A DNA stretch of 64,000 bases from Chiloscyllium plagiosum (taxonomy: Eukaryota): the NCBI RefSeq assembly GCF_004010195.1, contig NC_057718.1, positions 44,180,949-44,244,948 on the forward strand. Reading direction: 5' to 3'. Positions 1 to 13,848 of the stretch are shown in pieces. Made by a program: the position numbers and the translations under genes. The notes below the pieces were generated by a model, which was not told where the DNA came from, did no database searches, and was given only the letters and a program-made list of their open reading frames with translations. The stretch's first letter is position 1; the number at the start of each line of letters is the position of its first letter.

Positions 1-758
1 CTTCACAGCCCATTGGCTCATCTGGTCAAGATCCTGTTGTAATCTGAGGTAACCCTCTTTGCTGTCCACTACACCTCCAATTTTGGTGTCATCTGCAAAT
101 TTACTAACTGTACCTCTTATGCTCGCATCCAAATCATTTATGTAAATGACAAAAAGTAGAGGACCCAGCACCGATCCTTGTGGCACTCCACTGGTCACAG
201 GCCTCCAGTCTGAAAAACAACCCTCCACTACCACCCTCTGTCTTCTACCTTTGAGTCAATTCTGTATCCAAATGGCTCGTTCTCCCTCTATTCTATGAGA
301 TCTAACCTCGCTAAACAGTCTCCCATGGGGAACCTTGTCGAACGCCTTACTGAAGTCCATATAAATCACATCTACTGCTCTGCCCTCATCAATCTTCTTT
401 GTTACTTCTTCAAAAAACTCAATCAAGTTTGTGAGACATGATTTCCCACGCACAAAGCCGAGTTGACTATCCCTAATCACTCCTTGCCTTTCCAAATATA
501 TGTACATCCCTCCAACAACTTGCCCACCACCGAGGTCAGGCTCACCAGTCTATAGTTCCCTGGCTTGTCTTTACCGCCCTTCTTAAACAGTGGCACCACG
601 TTTGTCAACCTCCAGTCTTCCAAAACCTCACCTGTGACTATCGATGATACAAATATCTCAGGAAGAGGCCCAGCAATCACTTCTCTAGCTTCCCACAGAG
701 TTCACGGGTACACCTGATCAGGTCCTGGGGATTTATCCACCTTTAACTGTTTCAAGAC
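1..758 (-). mobile_element. CR1-clade (HER1-like) LINE, RT region, 5'-truncated, continues left of the window
   Basis: Minus-strand ORFs with KKGGKDKPGNYRLVSLTSVVGKLLE, SQLGFVRGKSCLTNLIEFFEEVT, DVIYMDFSKAFDKVPH and a [10 protein letters not shown] motif at about 70-100. Confidence 0.95.
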
Positions 759-935
759 GTTACATACAAGTGCAGAGTAGCTGCTTGGAATGCTTATAGA
801 TAGGACATTAGTGACGTCTGCAGAGCTACCACTGTAAAAGTTGTGCCTCAGAGTATGAATCTGCCTGACGGAAGGACAGTAGACAACAGAAATGATATGA
901 TCTTGCTAAATTAGAATACTCCTGCACAATCAATG
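759..935 (+). pseudogene. Usherin-like exon remnant (about human exon 53), 5' part cut off by a LINE
   Basis: From 762: TYKCRVAAWNAYR*DISDVCRATTVKVVPQSMNLPDGRTVDNRNDMILLN*NTPAQS versus recalled human TYEYRISAWNSYGRGLSKAVRARTKEDVPQGVSPPTWTKIDNLEDTIVLNWRKPIQSNG. TAG at 801 and 912, 1-nt loss near 933, donor reads ATAAAT instead of GT. Confidence 0.85.
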
Positions 936-1021
936 ATAAATAAAGTGACACATTAAATAAAGCATTTTTTAATAAGAATATATCCTGCACCAAAACCATA
1001 TGAATACTAATAAATTCTGAG

Positions 1022-1186
1022 TCAAAGAGTGTGATGCTGGAAAAGCACAGCTGGTCAGGCAACATCCGAGGAGCAGGAGAATCGACATTTCGGGCATAAA
1101 TCCTTCTCTTGCTCCTCAGATGCTGTGCTTTTCCAGCACCACACTCGGACTCTGATCTACAACACCTGCAGTCATCACTTTCTCCC
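1022..1186. mobile_element. Short inverted (head-to-head) Penelope-like terminal fragment
   Basis: GCTGGAAAAGCACAGC...GAGGAGCAGGAGAA and its reverse complement within the element; same family as the 62680-62816 terminus. Flanked by aataaattctgag / aataagttctgag, a likely target-site duplication. Confidence 0.75.
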
Positions 1187-1891
1187 AATAAGTTCTGAGC
1201 ACTGTTTAAACTAATTTACTGTCGAATACAATTGCGAAGTAAAGTCAATAAAATAGGTATTGCAGTACTTCTTGTTGAAATTCCAAAACAAAAATATGCA
1301 CAGTTTTTATTAATATACTCAACACTGGCCAGATTTTTGTCATGTTTTCAGAGGTGCATTTCAGTCTATGAATGACCATCTTTGGCTTTCTTTCGGGAAA
1401 TCTGATTTTCTGCTGTATTCCCAATCTAGTGCCAATTTTCTTTAGCCCTTTTTGAAGGTCAGGAAAAACAAGTATGCAAAACAAACCTGGTTCCCCCTGA
1501 AGTTGGGTTCACTGTTTTGAATCAGGGATGAAAATTAGTTTTCGTACTGTACACTATTTTCATATGATGGTACAGGGTTTCGGAAGCTCGTTAAAAACAT
1601 ACCAGATTTGAGAATTTATGAGAATAATTCAAGGCCTCTTGAGTAGTTCAGAACATTCTAAAATGTAAATATATAGTGTTTTCACACCTTCAAATGTCAC
1701 TATTACATGCCTGTAAAATTACCTTTAAATTGAGGAAAAAAAATCACTTGAAGGATTAGTTTATTGGCTCAGAGAAAGGACATTATAGAAGCAGAAATGG
1801 GTGGAGGACATAGGAAAACTACAGCAATTATGCTTGATAACTTTAATTTATGTGAACATTAAATTAATCAAATTAGCAAAGGTAATCTAAG

Positions 1892-2580
1892 TGAGAAGGG
1901 CAATTAAAATGGGCGGTAACTAGGAGGTTCAGTCGGCCCCTGTGGGCCCAGCTGAGATGCACGTCGGGAGCATCTGATGCAGTAAACCTGTGTTAACTAG
2001 ACATGGTCTTCTTTACGTCTGGGAGATCAAACGGAAACTTAGGGAACGGTTCACCGAACATCTCAGCCAGGCCCGCAGGAGTTGACTGCATTCCGAGTCA
2101 CCCCCCATTTTAATTCCCCTTCCTATTCCCTTTCCAACATGACCATGCTTGGCCTCCTCCATTGCCACAACAAGCCAAACCACAAATTGGCTCATCTTCC
2201 ACCTTAGCAACCTACAGCCTGGAGGACTCAACATTGAGTTCTCCAACTTCAAATAACCTCTCCTCCCTTCCCCCAACTCCCTTCCTAGACCCTCCTCTTC
2301 CCTTCCACTCCTCCCATCTACCTTCCAGATTCATTCCTTCCATTGACCAACATGGTCATACCTCTATCTGTTTTCACCTATCCCCACTTCACCACCCTTC
2401 CCCTGCCACCCCCTTTATCTACAGCTTCCCCCAACACCCACTCCTCAGTCCTGAAGAAGGGTTACGCTCGAAATGTCAACTTCTCCATCTTCTGATGCTG
2501 CCTGGCTTGCTGTGTTCTTCCAGCGTCCTGCCTGTCGACTTTGGATTACAGCATCTGCAGGGTTTTTTTTTGTCTCAAAC
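1892..2580 (+). mobile_element. Penelope-like element 3' fragment (GIY-YIG C-half plus terminal repeat) with short 5' inversion
   Basis: LYVWEIKRKLRERFTEHL...HFNSPSYS...LIFHLSNLQPGGLNIEF (frames broken), then a pyrimidine-rich tail and CTGAAGA-AGGG...GAAA at 2451. 1892-1960 is an inverted copy of about 2060-2125. Confidence 0.8.
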
Positions 2581-2582
2581 CA

Positions 2583-4045
2583 ATCCCAGTGTCTGGATCA
2601 TTAATGAATTCTTGGAATCAGAAATAGTGCTGCAGGAGTGGAACACTGCCTGTTTAACAGCCTTATTCACTAAAGGAGGGAGAAAAAAAAACAGTGAATT
2701 ATAAGCTGTTTAGCTTAATGTCTCTCATTGGGAATTATTTGGTGATTATTATTAAGGATATCATAGCAGACAATTGAAAGACACATAATAAAATGAAGCA
2801 GACTATGGCTTCATATAGGAAAATTATACCTGACTAATTTATTGTAGTTCTTTGAAGAGGTAACAAGCAGGATAGATGAAGGGGAATCATTAGATGTAAT
2901 ATATTTGAATTTCAAAAAGGCATTAAATAAGGTATTCACATAAATCTATTTATAAATGCATAAGAACCCACCATTTTGGTGGTACTTTATTAGCATGGAT
3001 AGAGGATTAGCTAGCTAATAGAAAATAGAGTCGGGATAAAAAGGGCATTTTCAACATGGCACACTGTGACTAGCGCACACAGGGACCACAGGGGAGTGCC
3101 ACACAGCCCACAATTATTTATAGCATATATCAATAACTTGAATGATGGAAGGGAGTATACTATCACCAAGTTTGCAAATTACACAAAAATGGGTAGAAAG
3201 GCAAATTATGAAGATGACATAATAAGTCTCCAGAGAGATATTGACAGGGTATAGACAGGAGGAAATTGACAGATGGAATATAATTTGGAAAAATATGTGG
3301 TTTTGTATTCAGTCATGAAGAACAGGAGAGCTGAATAACATTTAGATCAGGAAAGACTGCAAAAAGATTCAGCAGACAGGGATTTATGATTCTCAAGCAT
3401 CAATCACAAAAAGCTGAACATGGATTATGGCAGGCAGAAGGAAGGCAAATGAACTGCTGGTCTTTATTTACAGGAAAATAGAGTATAAAAATAGGGGGGA
3501 GGTGTTAAGACTATGCAAGACTACTGCACACTCTGGAATACAATGAATAGTTTTGATCCTCTTATCTAAACAAAGATATTCTGATATTGGTTACAGTCCA
3601 GAGGCGATTCATTGGGTTGCTTCTGGGTATGAAAGGATTTTTCTTCAGAGGAAATGTTGAGTGGGCTGGGCTAGTTCTCATTGGAGTTCAGAAGAATGAA
3701 AAGAGACCTTACTGAAATAAGGTTTGTGATCCTGACCATAGAGATGGAGTGAGATTGATTCCCTCAAAGTAAGGGGTCACTCATTTAAGGCAAAGATGAA
3801 GAGGATTTATTTTCTCAGAAGGTAGGGAATCTGTGTAAATCTTTGCCAAAGAGGATTGTAGACATTGGGTCATTAAGTATTTTCAAGGCTAACATATACA
3901 GATTTAAAATCAGTAATGGAATCAAAGGCTATGGGGATTTGGCAAAAAAATTGAGCTGATGAATATCAGATCAGCTATGATCTTCTTGAAGGGCAGAATA
4001 GGTTCAGTAGGCCGAATGGTCTGTACCTGTTCCAACATCTTTTGA
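2583..4045 (+). mobile_element. Degenerate CR1-clade LINE (RT to 3' UTR)
   Basis: LFTKGGRKK, ITKFANYTKMG...LQRDIDR motifs and a CR1-type 3' UTR ending GGCCGAATGGTCTGTACCTG. Many stops. Confidence 0.85.
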
Positions 4046-4089
4046 AGTATAAAAATGAATGGTGCTTGTCACTGTCAGGTTGCTGTGAA

Positions 4090-4745
4090 TAAGCCAGAAA
4101 GATATTCTGCCCATAACACAAAATGAGTAATCTGCGATATGAATTTCAATGCCAATGTGATGCTAGGTATGCAGCCTGTACACCTGAAAGACTGGCAGCT
4201 CATATCAACACCATATTGTTTATGGCTGTTCACAACAAAGCATTTGCAAAACTCACAACTCAGTGTCCGACATTGGATGTGATTCCATGATGAAGAAACA
4301 TTTGCCAACGACTCTTGTGTGTGTAAGAATTATTCTGACAACCAATTTAGAATTGTCATTTGGTGCACTTGTGTGTATTGTTTGCTAACACATTAATACA
4401 CAGGACTATGTTCTTTACGGATAGAAAGAACATACACCTAAACTGCATTCAACAAAATAGGTGACAGTCATTCTCTGGTTCATTTATCAGGCGATGCCTT
4501 GACCAATTGATCAATCTTTCATTGTTTAAAATTTAAACAAAACTTAGTCGTTGACTTTCGGTTATCAATAACTGGGTGCATTCTCCATGAAAATGCCTGT
4601 ATCACTCAGAGTCCACTTCACACCCAATCAGCCGTTTCTTCTCATACAATATGAATGTCCTTCCCCTTTCCATTGATATTTCTTGTGAATGTTCTGATGA
4701 GTGCAAGGTAAAATTCTTCAATGAAATGTGTCTTTTCTCAGAATA
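4090..4745 (+). mobile_element. Degenerate Penelope-like element (second GIY-YIG family) 3' end
   Basis: KDILPITQ/MSNLRYEFQCQCDARYAACTPERLAAHI...KNYSDNQFRIV...INTQDYVLYG*KEH resembles a Penelope GIY-YIG C-terminus. Decayed CTGATGA-GTGCAAG motif at 4694. Confidence 0.65.
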
Positions 4746-6246
4746 AGCTCAAAAATTAATCTGTTATCAACAAACTGTGCAAGACATGTTAGAGGAATTA
4801 AATATAGGAAAGCTTTTTTATTGCTGCAAATGAGTAATTTACACAAGTCAAAATTGTACAGACTGAACTATGAAACCTGAACACAATTATTGCTTCATAC
4901 ATTCACCTCAGTATTTAAAAAAGTATTTGAATGATTCAAACCAGCTTCACCTAACTCAGTCTGCTTTCAGAGAGATTGGAGAAACATGGATGTCCGGTTC
5001 AGGTCACAAGAGGGTTCCATTGTCACCATTCTGGATTATGCTACTGTATGAGTAGATATAGGGCAGCGTGAGGCAACTCCCACAGCACAATATCTACGTG
5101 CACAATAGTATAAATGGTAAGATGCTCAGACACTCAGACCACTTTTGGGAATGACTGTTGCCACTGAACTTGCAAAGGTATTTACAGCAGACTTAAATTC
5201 ATAACATCGGTACTGGACATCATTAGGAAGGACCAGCTGAAGCATGCATCCTGCCCAAGAGCCAGGGGAGTGATTACTGCACAACACAGACACATCTATT
5301 TGTATTTCAGAATAGGCTGCAAAAAACCTGGAGCATGCACAGAATTCATTCTTCAGACTTTGCTGATATCATAAAATTGGAAGCAGCTAATGAGAAAACA
5401 GCTGCACTCTCCAATCCCAAGAAGTGCATCCTAATGAGGTAAGAACCCAGACCTGGAACTGGTGCATTATGACCATTTAAGCCACTGGTTTAAGTAAAAC
5501 AATCCTCTGAATAGTGCTGACCATGCCTGCTCTCATAAATTATGGCTGCAGTGACAAGAGGTTCTTTTGTGTAAATTACTAGTTTTCAACTTGCAAAAAA
5601 AAACTTTGCTAATGACTTGGCAGAAGCATAAATCATATGAGTGGGTACCACTGGTCTGACCTAAACACAATCAGTATTACTTGCTTAAAACGTGTGGAAG
5701 AGAACTTCTGACTTGTGGAAGACAAATTTGTAGCACATTCTGCAATATTGGCATTTCTGAATCATAACAGGTATTCAAGTACAAAACTCAAATCAAATTT
5801 GAAGGAAGAGCTGCAATTACTTTATTTGATTAGTGACATGGAAGGATCAATGATACTATTATTTGCTTAGCAACACCAAATAACTGACGATGGCATCATC
5901 AGAGGAGAAACAATAAATTTTCGAAATTATTATGACCTCATTTGTTCAGCTAGCATTCCAGCCTCACTATAAAATGGCACCAGGCCAGTTTGTTCATTAC
6001 TGGCCCCAGGATGCAAGAAATACCGTTATTTAGTCCAAAGCCTACAGAGTGGCTCTATTTTTAATGGAACTGTTTGCAGAAGAGTGAAAAGGTACTAAGA
6101 ATGACAAAAGCCAGAGATATATTTAAAAGCTGGCTGAGTAATTGCTAGCTCGGAGCAGATTTACAGGGTATTGCATGCTTTTAAGAGTTGCCGTTCAGCT
6201 GATTTGTTGCTTTTTTGCATCTAAACAGTATCTCTTATCGAACCAG

Positions 6247-6400
6247 GCATTATCATACATTACATTGTTCTACGCGATGGGACTGTTTGTTTTTGTGGGA
6301 CAGGCTTCTGTTTCACGGACACTGGTGGCATTCAGCCATACCAGGAATACACCTAGAACTGAGAGCTTGCACAATTGCTCAGTGTGCAGATAGCAGCAAG
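6247..6400 (+). pseudogene. Usherin-like exon remnant (about human exon 54)
   Basis: CAG acceptor. Reads GIIIHYIVLRDGTVCFCGTGFCFTDTGGIQPYQEYT, then a 1-nt deletion (about 6354), then ELRACTIAQCADSSK. Recalled human: GPIIYYILLRNGIERFRGTSLSFSDKEGIQPFQEYSYQLKACTVAGCATSSK. Donor is GA, not GT. Confidence 0.9.
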
Positions 6401-7870
6401 GAGGGTGTGCCACATGGAACACTTTGAAGGTCTGATAAACTGTGCATTACATCTGGTAATTTAATATATTATTATTTATCAATAATAATATAGTTCCTTC
6501 CTTTCTGCTATCTTAAAGCCACATACCAATTTACATTTCTTCCCTTCCCTGCATCATAAATATACTAACACTTCTTGCATTATTCCCTACACTATTTCAA
6601 TTTTTCCAGTTCAAAATTAGGAACACCTTAATTCACGCTCGGACTGGATTTTCACAGATACAGATGTGTTCAAAACTCACAGTCGGGATCCAATCCTGAG
6701 ATTCCAAGACCTATTCCAGCAATTTTCATTGGTGCATATGAAGTGTGTACTCCACTTCGTTAAAGGGCCAGGCATTTCCTAATCTTTCCTCATCCTTTCT
6801 CACCCCAACACCCACACAACCACTACTATTGCCTCCACAATTTTCTCCACCATTCATGGTTCTTGGGCCCTAGGATGAGTCTTGAACCAAATTGCATTCA
6901 ATAACATTTTCAAAGATATGCTCTAAAGATCAGGCCCACAACCTCAGCTATTCCCTATGCTCCCCCGTACTCTTCATGCTGAATTAATAGATGCTGAGGC
7001 TCCCCTGCCACTCCCATGACCCCCCAAATTCTCCATGCTAACCTGTTTCAAATTCACACCCCCTAAGACTTCATTTCATAATATTATTTGCTGACAACTA
7101 CCTTTAAACCCATTAATTGGTGCTTAAATGATAAGGCACAAATTGAACATGTGCCTTACTAGCAGCAAATAAACATGTCCACTGATGAAATTGTCAGGAA
7201 TTGACAGCTTAGCCATTCCATCTCACATTTGAAGATATTCCTCAATCTTATTGCCACCGAAGATAAATAACATTTCTCTTAATGCTGTCTTACATTTTGT
7301 TTCCTCTTCCCTTGATTTTGAAATAATGCTTATTTTCAAACAAAGAACTGAAACATCATATTTCTACCCTTCCACATCCAAGTTTTCTGATGAAATAAAC
7401 ATGATGTGCTTGTTGTGTAGAAGTCCACACTCTGAAATATTGACATGGACATTGGCTGTCAATAACAGAGACAGCAAACATAATTGCTCACACTACAAAT
7501 CACCACCACTCCCAAGCCTTCCATTCTCCATGTAACATCTCAATGTCAACTCATCCACTGACAGCTACTTCCCGTGGTCTTTCATATTCTCCATGTCAAT
7601 GAAATGCTAACTTCAAGTAGATGGTGGGCAAAGGGTGAGAAGTGAAGTCCTACTTTAGTTACGTTTGGGATAAAGTCCCAGTCAACTGAGGTGGGCCATC
7701 TAACCAGCCTGTGTCAGCATTGCTCACTTCTGTGGCCAGCTAGGATCTGTTTTCAGTATCAGCAGACTCGACTGTATCCCACACCTGCCTGCCCACTAAC
7801 TTTACCTTAAAAGGAGCATTGCGTATGACTGGGAAATTTAAACTGCGCTGGGCCTGCCAAATCAGGAAAT

Positions 7871-8201
7871 GTCATAGAACCCCTAGTGTGGAGACAGGCC
7901 CTTTGGCCCAACAAGTCCACACTGACCCTCTGAAGGGTAACCCACCAAGATGAATTCCCCTGCCCTATTATCCTATATTTACCCCTGACTAATGCACCTA
8001 ACCTGCACATCCTTGAACTCAATGGGCAATTTAGCATGCCAATGTACCTAACCTGCACATCTTTGGGTTGTGGGAGGGAACCAGAGCACCCGGAGGAAAC
8101 CCACACAGACACGTAGAGAATGTGCAAAGTTCACACAGACAGTTGCCTGAGGCTGGAATCGAACCTGAGTCCCTGGTGCTGTGAGGCAGCACTGTGTCGC
8201 C
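7871..8201 (-). mobile_element. HE1-type (V-SINE) SINE
   Basis: Reverse complement of the 17749-18072 element (V-domain GTGGGTTTCCTCCGGGTGCTC, CR1-like tail); head partly deleted. Confidence 0.9.
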
Positions 8202-8799
8202 TCTGACTCGAGTTATTCAGCTCAGTATCTAAAATCTGGACCTATGTCTTCTTGTGTGTCCTTGTGTGTTTTAAACCCAAGCTTGACAACACATCATCAT
8301 CAATTCTCAGTTTATCTCATTCAACTCCTCTGTTCTCTTCACCCTTTGCCTCTAAATTAGTATCTCAATTTGAAAGAAAGTCAGCCCACCTACAATTTCA
8401 AAATAAATATGCTGTCATGTGTGGAAATTGTAAATATGATCAAAAAATGTGTTTTGAAACAACAAAATAGAAGTTGTGTCTTATCAATGTAACATCAAAT
8501 GTGTTTCACAAACATAAAAGGTCATTAATCTGAAGTGTTAAACATCATTTTTCTCTCTCCAGATTCTGCCTGACATGCTGAGGATTTCCATCATCTTCTG
8601 TTTCTATTGTCTTTCAACTATTGACTTTTTGGATTCTCATATGACTTCTGCATGGCTGTTAATGAATATATCCAGGGAAATCATGAACATGACACTCATT
8701 CAGAATGTTTTGTATGAGTTCATGAGTTTATATTCTGGTACATTAACTGATGGTGCGTGATAATTGATAACTGCTGTCAAACTTCTTCTCACGTCATAG

Positions 8800-8998
8800 G
8801 TGGGTGTAGCAACTTTCTAAGGAGTCCCTGAAAGTTTCTACTCTCCAACAGTGGTTGTCTTCAATGCAACTGCTATACAGCTTTTGATGAGATCTCCAGC
8901 TAAGTTTAAAGGTGTAATACATAAGAGCCACATCCACCAGACTGAAACATGACTGATCTATACAGACACAACTAATAGGATGAAGTTTATTGCAGTAA
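8800..8998 (+). pseudogene. Usherin-like exon remnant (about human exon 55)
   Basis: AG/GT bounded, 199 nt: VGVATF*GVPESFYSPTVVVFNATAIQLLMRSPAKFKGVIHKSHIHQTET*LIYTDTTNRMKFIAV versus human VVAATTQGVPESILPP...GLIHTDTTDRRQHTVT. TAA at 8818, TGA at 8950, FN3 Trp lost. Confidence 0.88.
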
Positions 8999-11900
8999 GT
9001 ATAGAATGTCAGGATGTTTAATGGCTAACAATCCAAACTATCTTTTGAATTCTTAGGTTTAAAGTCTAGCAATCCAATTGTATGGAGTAGTGGCATACTA
9101 TAGGATTGAGTAAGTGTTTGTGAGAGTGGAAGAAGCATGTATGTACTTACTTTTTCTGATTCATACTTTCCATTGAAGTATCTCCAGGCTTATGCAGATA
9201 AATTAAAGGGCTATTTATTGGGATAAGTTTGCTTTTTCCCATCCTGCATACAAGCACACAAACTCATACCTGAACGCACATTTAACAGTAATAGATATTA
9301 ATGTGCCAGAAACTTCAGTTCGAAAAAATTTGCTTAAAGCTTTAGCCTGTTTGGATTGCTCCCTTTCTGATCAAAATTTACTCTGTTTACTACAACTTTG
9401 TTATACTAGGCTTCTAAGCAAACTGCTAAACTCAGTTCCCCATGTGAATTTTGTAATTTTCGAAACTACAAACGCGCAATGCACTTAATTAAGATATTTG
9501 ATCAAATTTCCAGGAACTTTTTAAAGGAATATAAAAGGGTGAAAACGTTAATTTTGATTTATTAGCTGCATTTAAATAAATTTGAATGGTAACCTTGTAA
9601 TGTTAGTTTATTAAAATGCAGAAAACCCACTATATCCCTTAAGGGTTACAAACAGGGAGATAAAAGTGCAATCTGTTTGAAGTATGACCTCCGGTAATTG
9701 CCATACTTTACAGACACTTACTTATTTTCCATAAACATCCCATATATTTTGCTGCTGTCAACCACAAGTGAATTACGTGCACATATTTTTCACATGCAGA
9801 TAGGTAAAATGTAACTTTTTGCCTTTTGAAGGTTTTAAACAGTTGTCGTAAAATAGTGGATTGTTTCTTTAATCTTTTTCATCATTGTAATATGAGCATC
9901 ATTTGAAATATTGGTATAAATGGCTTGTAATCCAGTAAATCAATGTACATTTCCTCTGGCATGATTTCTCTTTTTTTTTGGCTGCTGTGAAGTGTTTTCT
10001 GACAGCTTATTTTTAATTACATCTGAGCCTAAGAAACCTGATCTTATAAAGTGTTTCAGGGGGAAAGGGCAGAGTGAGCAGACATGCCATGTGAAATCCA
10101 GAAGTCATTCATAATTCTCTTAAGACAAAAAAGCATTAAGTAATTGAGGACAGGAAGTTCTCACTTAATTATTTAGGGGTGTTATCAATGCTTTAAGTAA
10201 ACTGAAGCATTTTCTACTGTCTCAACGAGCATAATACCTTTGGGACATGGACAGCAGCCATCATCTTCTCATGTTCTTTAATGCAAATAGCAAATGGCAG
10301 CTTGTCAATATCGGACCTTTTTATATCATTTATTACTGAACACTTCCAGTATCCTGTAAAAAACAATTTAGATGACAGTTATGGCATTGTTTCACTTTGT
10401 GTTATCAGTATTTAACAAATGGGCCAACTAATACTCCAAAGGAGAATTGCAATCATCATTTGTTTTTGATGCTGCTGGAAGAAAGGCTGATACTGCCCCC
10501 TTCAGTTCAACTCCCTTCACAAATATTAAAAGGGGACATCACAATCCTGAAAACTGTGGTTCATTTAAGCTTTTTTAAATGCATTGCTTTTGCAAAAATA
10601 TAACATGATATTGAATTACCTTCTCATCATGCATTACCTTCTCATCATGCATTCTGACAAAAAAAAATGCTTGATGTAGCTTTGGATTCTTTTTCCATTA
10701 ATGGAAGAATAAAAATATTGCCGTGAAGCTGATAACCTTGCATTTTCAAAACAGTCAAAATGCATTTTCTTGTAATTTTGTAGGTGCATGCAAAATCACC
10801 AGAAACCATAAAATATTAACTTTGTTCAATAAAATAAAAGCACAACAGATTTCAGTAGACAATAAACTTTGGATATGTTTCCCATTGTTCTCTGTTTTCT
10901 GATCAGAATGTATGTCTCTGAGGATGAAACTTGTGCCCAACACAGAGAGATTGTATTTCTGGTTGTCCAGTCTCTTTGAAGGTGTTCATTCAGATCTGGG
11001 GACCTGTTGCAACAAGAGAAATTGCACTGAGCTTCTGAAAATAAGTTTTGTTTTCTCTACAAAATTTTTGCAGCAAATATCTAACAACAAGAGGTCCTTA
11101 ACATACGACTCCAACAATCAGGATAAGCTATTGCTACCTGTGGGAAATACAATAAAGGCCACAGTTCCCTCATATTACCTTAGGTGTTCAAGTACATTTT
11201 AGGCAGCCCAACAGGAAATAGGAGCAAGTGAGTGTACTTGTAGAGCATACCCCATACTAAGGTTTGGTTCATGGGTGTCTCAAACTATCAAAATAATTGT
11301 GAGAAGCAGGTAGAAAATTTGCTCAGTATTTTCAGTAGCATTTGTTAAATGTATTGCATGGCTATGTTACAAACGCCTCTAAAAATAATGACCTACTGCT
11401 GCTTCAAAGCTGTTTTGCTCAACCTTGTGAAATGTGGAGTCTCTTTCTCCTGCATGGGATATTGCACTGAAGGGTAGAACCAAAATCTTCCGAATCAAAT
11501 TACCACAATTTTTAGAATGGAAGGGGACCTTGAATAGTGACTACTGTGCACATGGATATGGATTGACCTCCATAAGGGAATATAAGTGTTGTACTAGTGA
11601 GGATGAAGTGAGGCATGTGATCTGGTCTCCTGAAGAGATGTAAATTCTATCTTAACAATTACTCCCAGGTTTGAAAGGGTACCCTGTATAACTGCCATAT
11701 TGGTGAACAGTCAAATTTACAAAGGTATGCAGAAGAAGATACTTGCATATGTCTTCATTTGCTCTGAGATGCCCTTCCACTAATCCGACAACACTGATAG
11801 GATGAACACAAGAAGTTGTTACCAGGCGCCATTTAATGTTACTATTGCAGTTCCATTTTGGGCCTGATGAGACTTATTGGGACCAATTTTAACTCTGAGT

Positions 11901-13324
11901 GGACTGAGTTTCAATGAGTTAAGATTTTACCAGTGAATGTGAACTCAGCAGTTGAAACTGAACTTAACATATACTGTTTTTCTTGGCAATTCAAAGTCAT
12001 ATTCTGTTAAGTGGAACTCCAAAAGAATAATTTTGATTTAGGCATTAAGATATTATTGCCAAAATCCTCCAACATCAGCAGAGTACAATCATTGGTTGCA
12101 CTGCTATTACTTCAGTAGGTTAGTGCGCTCAGTGGAAAGGCACCTAATCTGAATAAGCCACGTTTGTGTAAGTTGCACCTTAGTGGCAGTTTGTCCCATG
12201 TATGCGTGAAAATTTGACTATTCACTTAGTCCTTGTTGAATTACCCAAGCATCCTTCCTGGCCTACCATGGTATTGATCAGCTTCCAAGAGGGGTAACTG
12301 ACAGAATTTGTTTTTAAAATTCTGTTAGGGCTCCAGTTTTGGAGTCACATGTGCCTTTGTAAAGGTCAATTTGTCGAATCTGTGTTGGCATTTTGACTAT
12401 CATTGATGTGGTCAGCACCAGGCACTTTCACTCACTATAACTGCCTTACATGGGTGGTCAGAATATCTGTCCCTTTCAAATCAATACAGAAAGTCTCAAA
12501 GTCATGGTGGAGAATAGTTGAATCCTCTTGGAATTTCAGGAACATTATTTTATATAAAATCTGAAAAGGTAGGAAATTAATATTGTATATTAATTTAATC
12601 CTTTTGATCTATATAAAATGATTTAAATTCAAGTGTCTGAAAGTGGGTTTAATTCCATTTGTGTATTGCTTTAGCTCACTTGTTAACCCATTCATATCCA
12701 TTTATATACATTAATCTGTTTACTTTAAATAGACTACTGTCTATGCCAAAATAGAACAGCAATGAATTTATGCAAATGTGTTAAAAGGGGCTAAAAATAG
12801 CATAGCAAGGGAATTAAACACGCTGATCACAAGATGTTTCGTGCTATGAAGTTGAAAGTAGTGTGTAAAATTGATTACAAATTCACGGAAACGTTTGTAT
12901 TTGTTAGATTTACCTGCAATTGATAAAATAACACTTACAAGTTTCACGCCTATGCATTTAGATTTTAACACTAATATTGTAAAATGCAGTTTTGAACTTA
13001 AATCCAACTACTTTAAATGATACCACAGCTACTGTATATTTCCCATGCAAGTCCAGCATGATCTTGACTCTAAGAATTCATAAAATCAGGAAAGTTGTTG
13101 TGTAGAATTTTAATCCCTCAGAACAGGACAAAAAGAGTTAGGGGACTGGGGCATTGTTATGTTTATACAAATGGAACCCTGACCCCGATCCACCATGAAA
13201 GCAATTACTTCCAGCTTAAACAGGATTGGTTGTGGGGCTGTGCCAATGACCTGATCTCAAAAGGTGACTCTAATTATTTGTTAATAAAGTTACATGCCTC
13301 AGATTTTAGCAAGTATCTGGATTT

Positions 13325-13848
13325 TTTAAATCCTTTCATGGGATACGAGAATCACTGGCAAGGCCAGCAGTGGTTAGCCATCCATGATTGCCCTTCAGAA
13401 GACTCTGGTGAGCCAAGTTCTTGAATCACTGCAGATCTTGATATGAAGTAAGAGCTGTTAACATAGTCATTTCTGCTGCCCAAAACAATGTCAGGAGGTC
13501 AGACTGATTTCATTTCGTTTGAGTTTGGCACAATTGAGTGACTTGCTGAGCTATTTCAGAGGGTAGTTCAAAGTCAGCCACATTGCTGTGATCCTGGAAT
13601 CATGTGTATATATCAGACTAAGACTGTAGATTGCTTTCCCTATAAGGTATCAGTGCATCAGACAGATTTTTATGATAAAAAAGTAGTTTCTTGGGCACAA
13701 TTCTTGAGAGTATCTTTTAATTCCGGATTTAGTAACTAATTGAAATGAACTTGCACCAGCTGCCATGATGAGATGTGAACAAAGTGTCTGCAGAGCATTA
13801 GTCATGAATTCTGGATCACAAGTCCAGTAATATTACTTATACACCACC
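13325..13848 (-). mobile_element. Old tRNA-derived SINE, same family as 41975-42296
   Basis: Shares the tail (GGCCAGCA...GCCATCC) and the internal and head segments with the 41975-42296 copy; heavily diverged. Confidence 0.55.

Noticed and set aside
10615..10653. 18-nt tandem duplication ATTACCTTCTCATCATGC
   Set aside because: Real, but an ordinary slippage duplication with no further structure.
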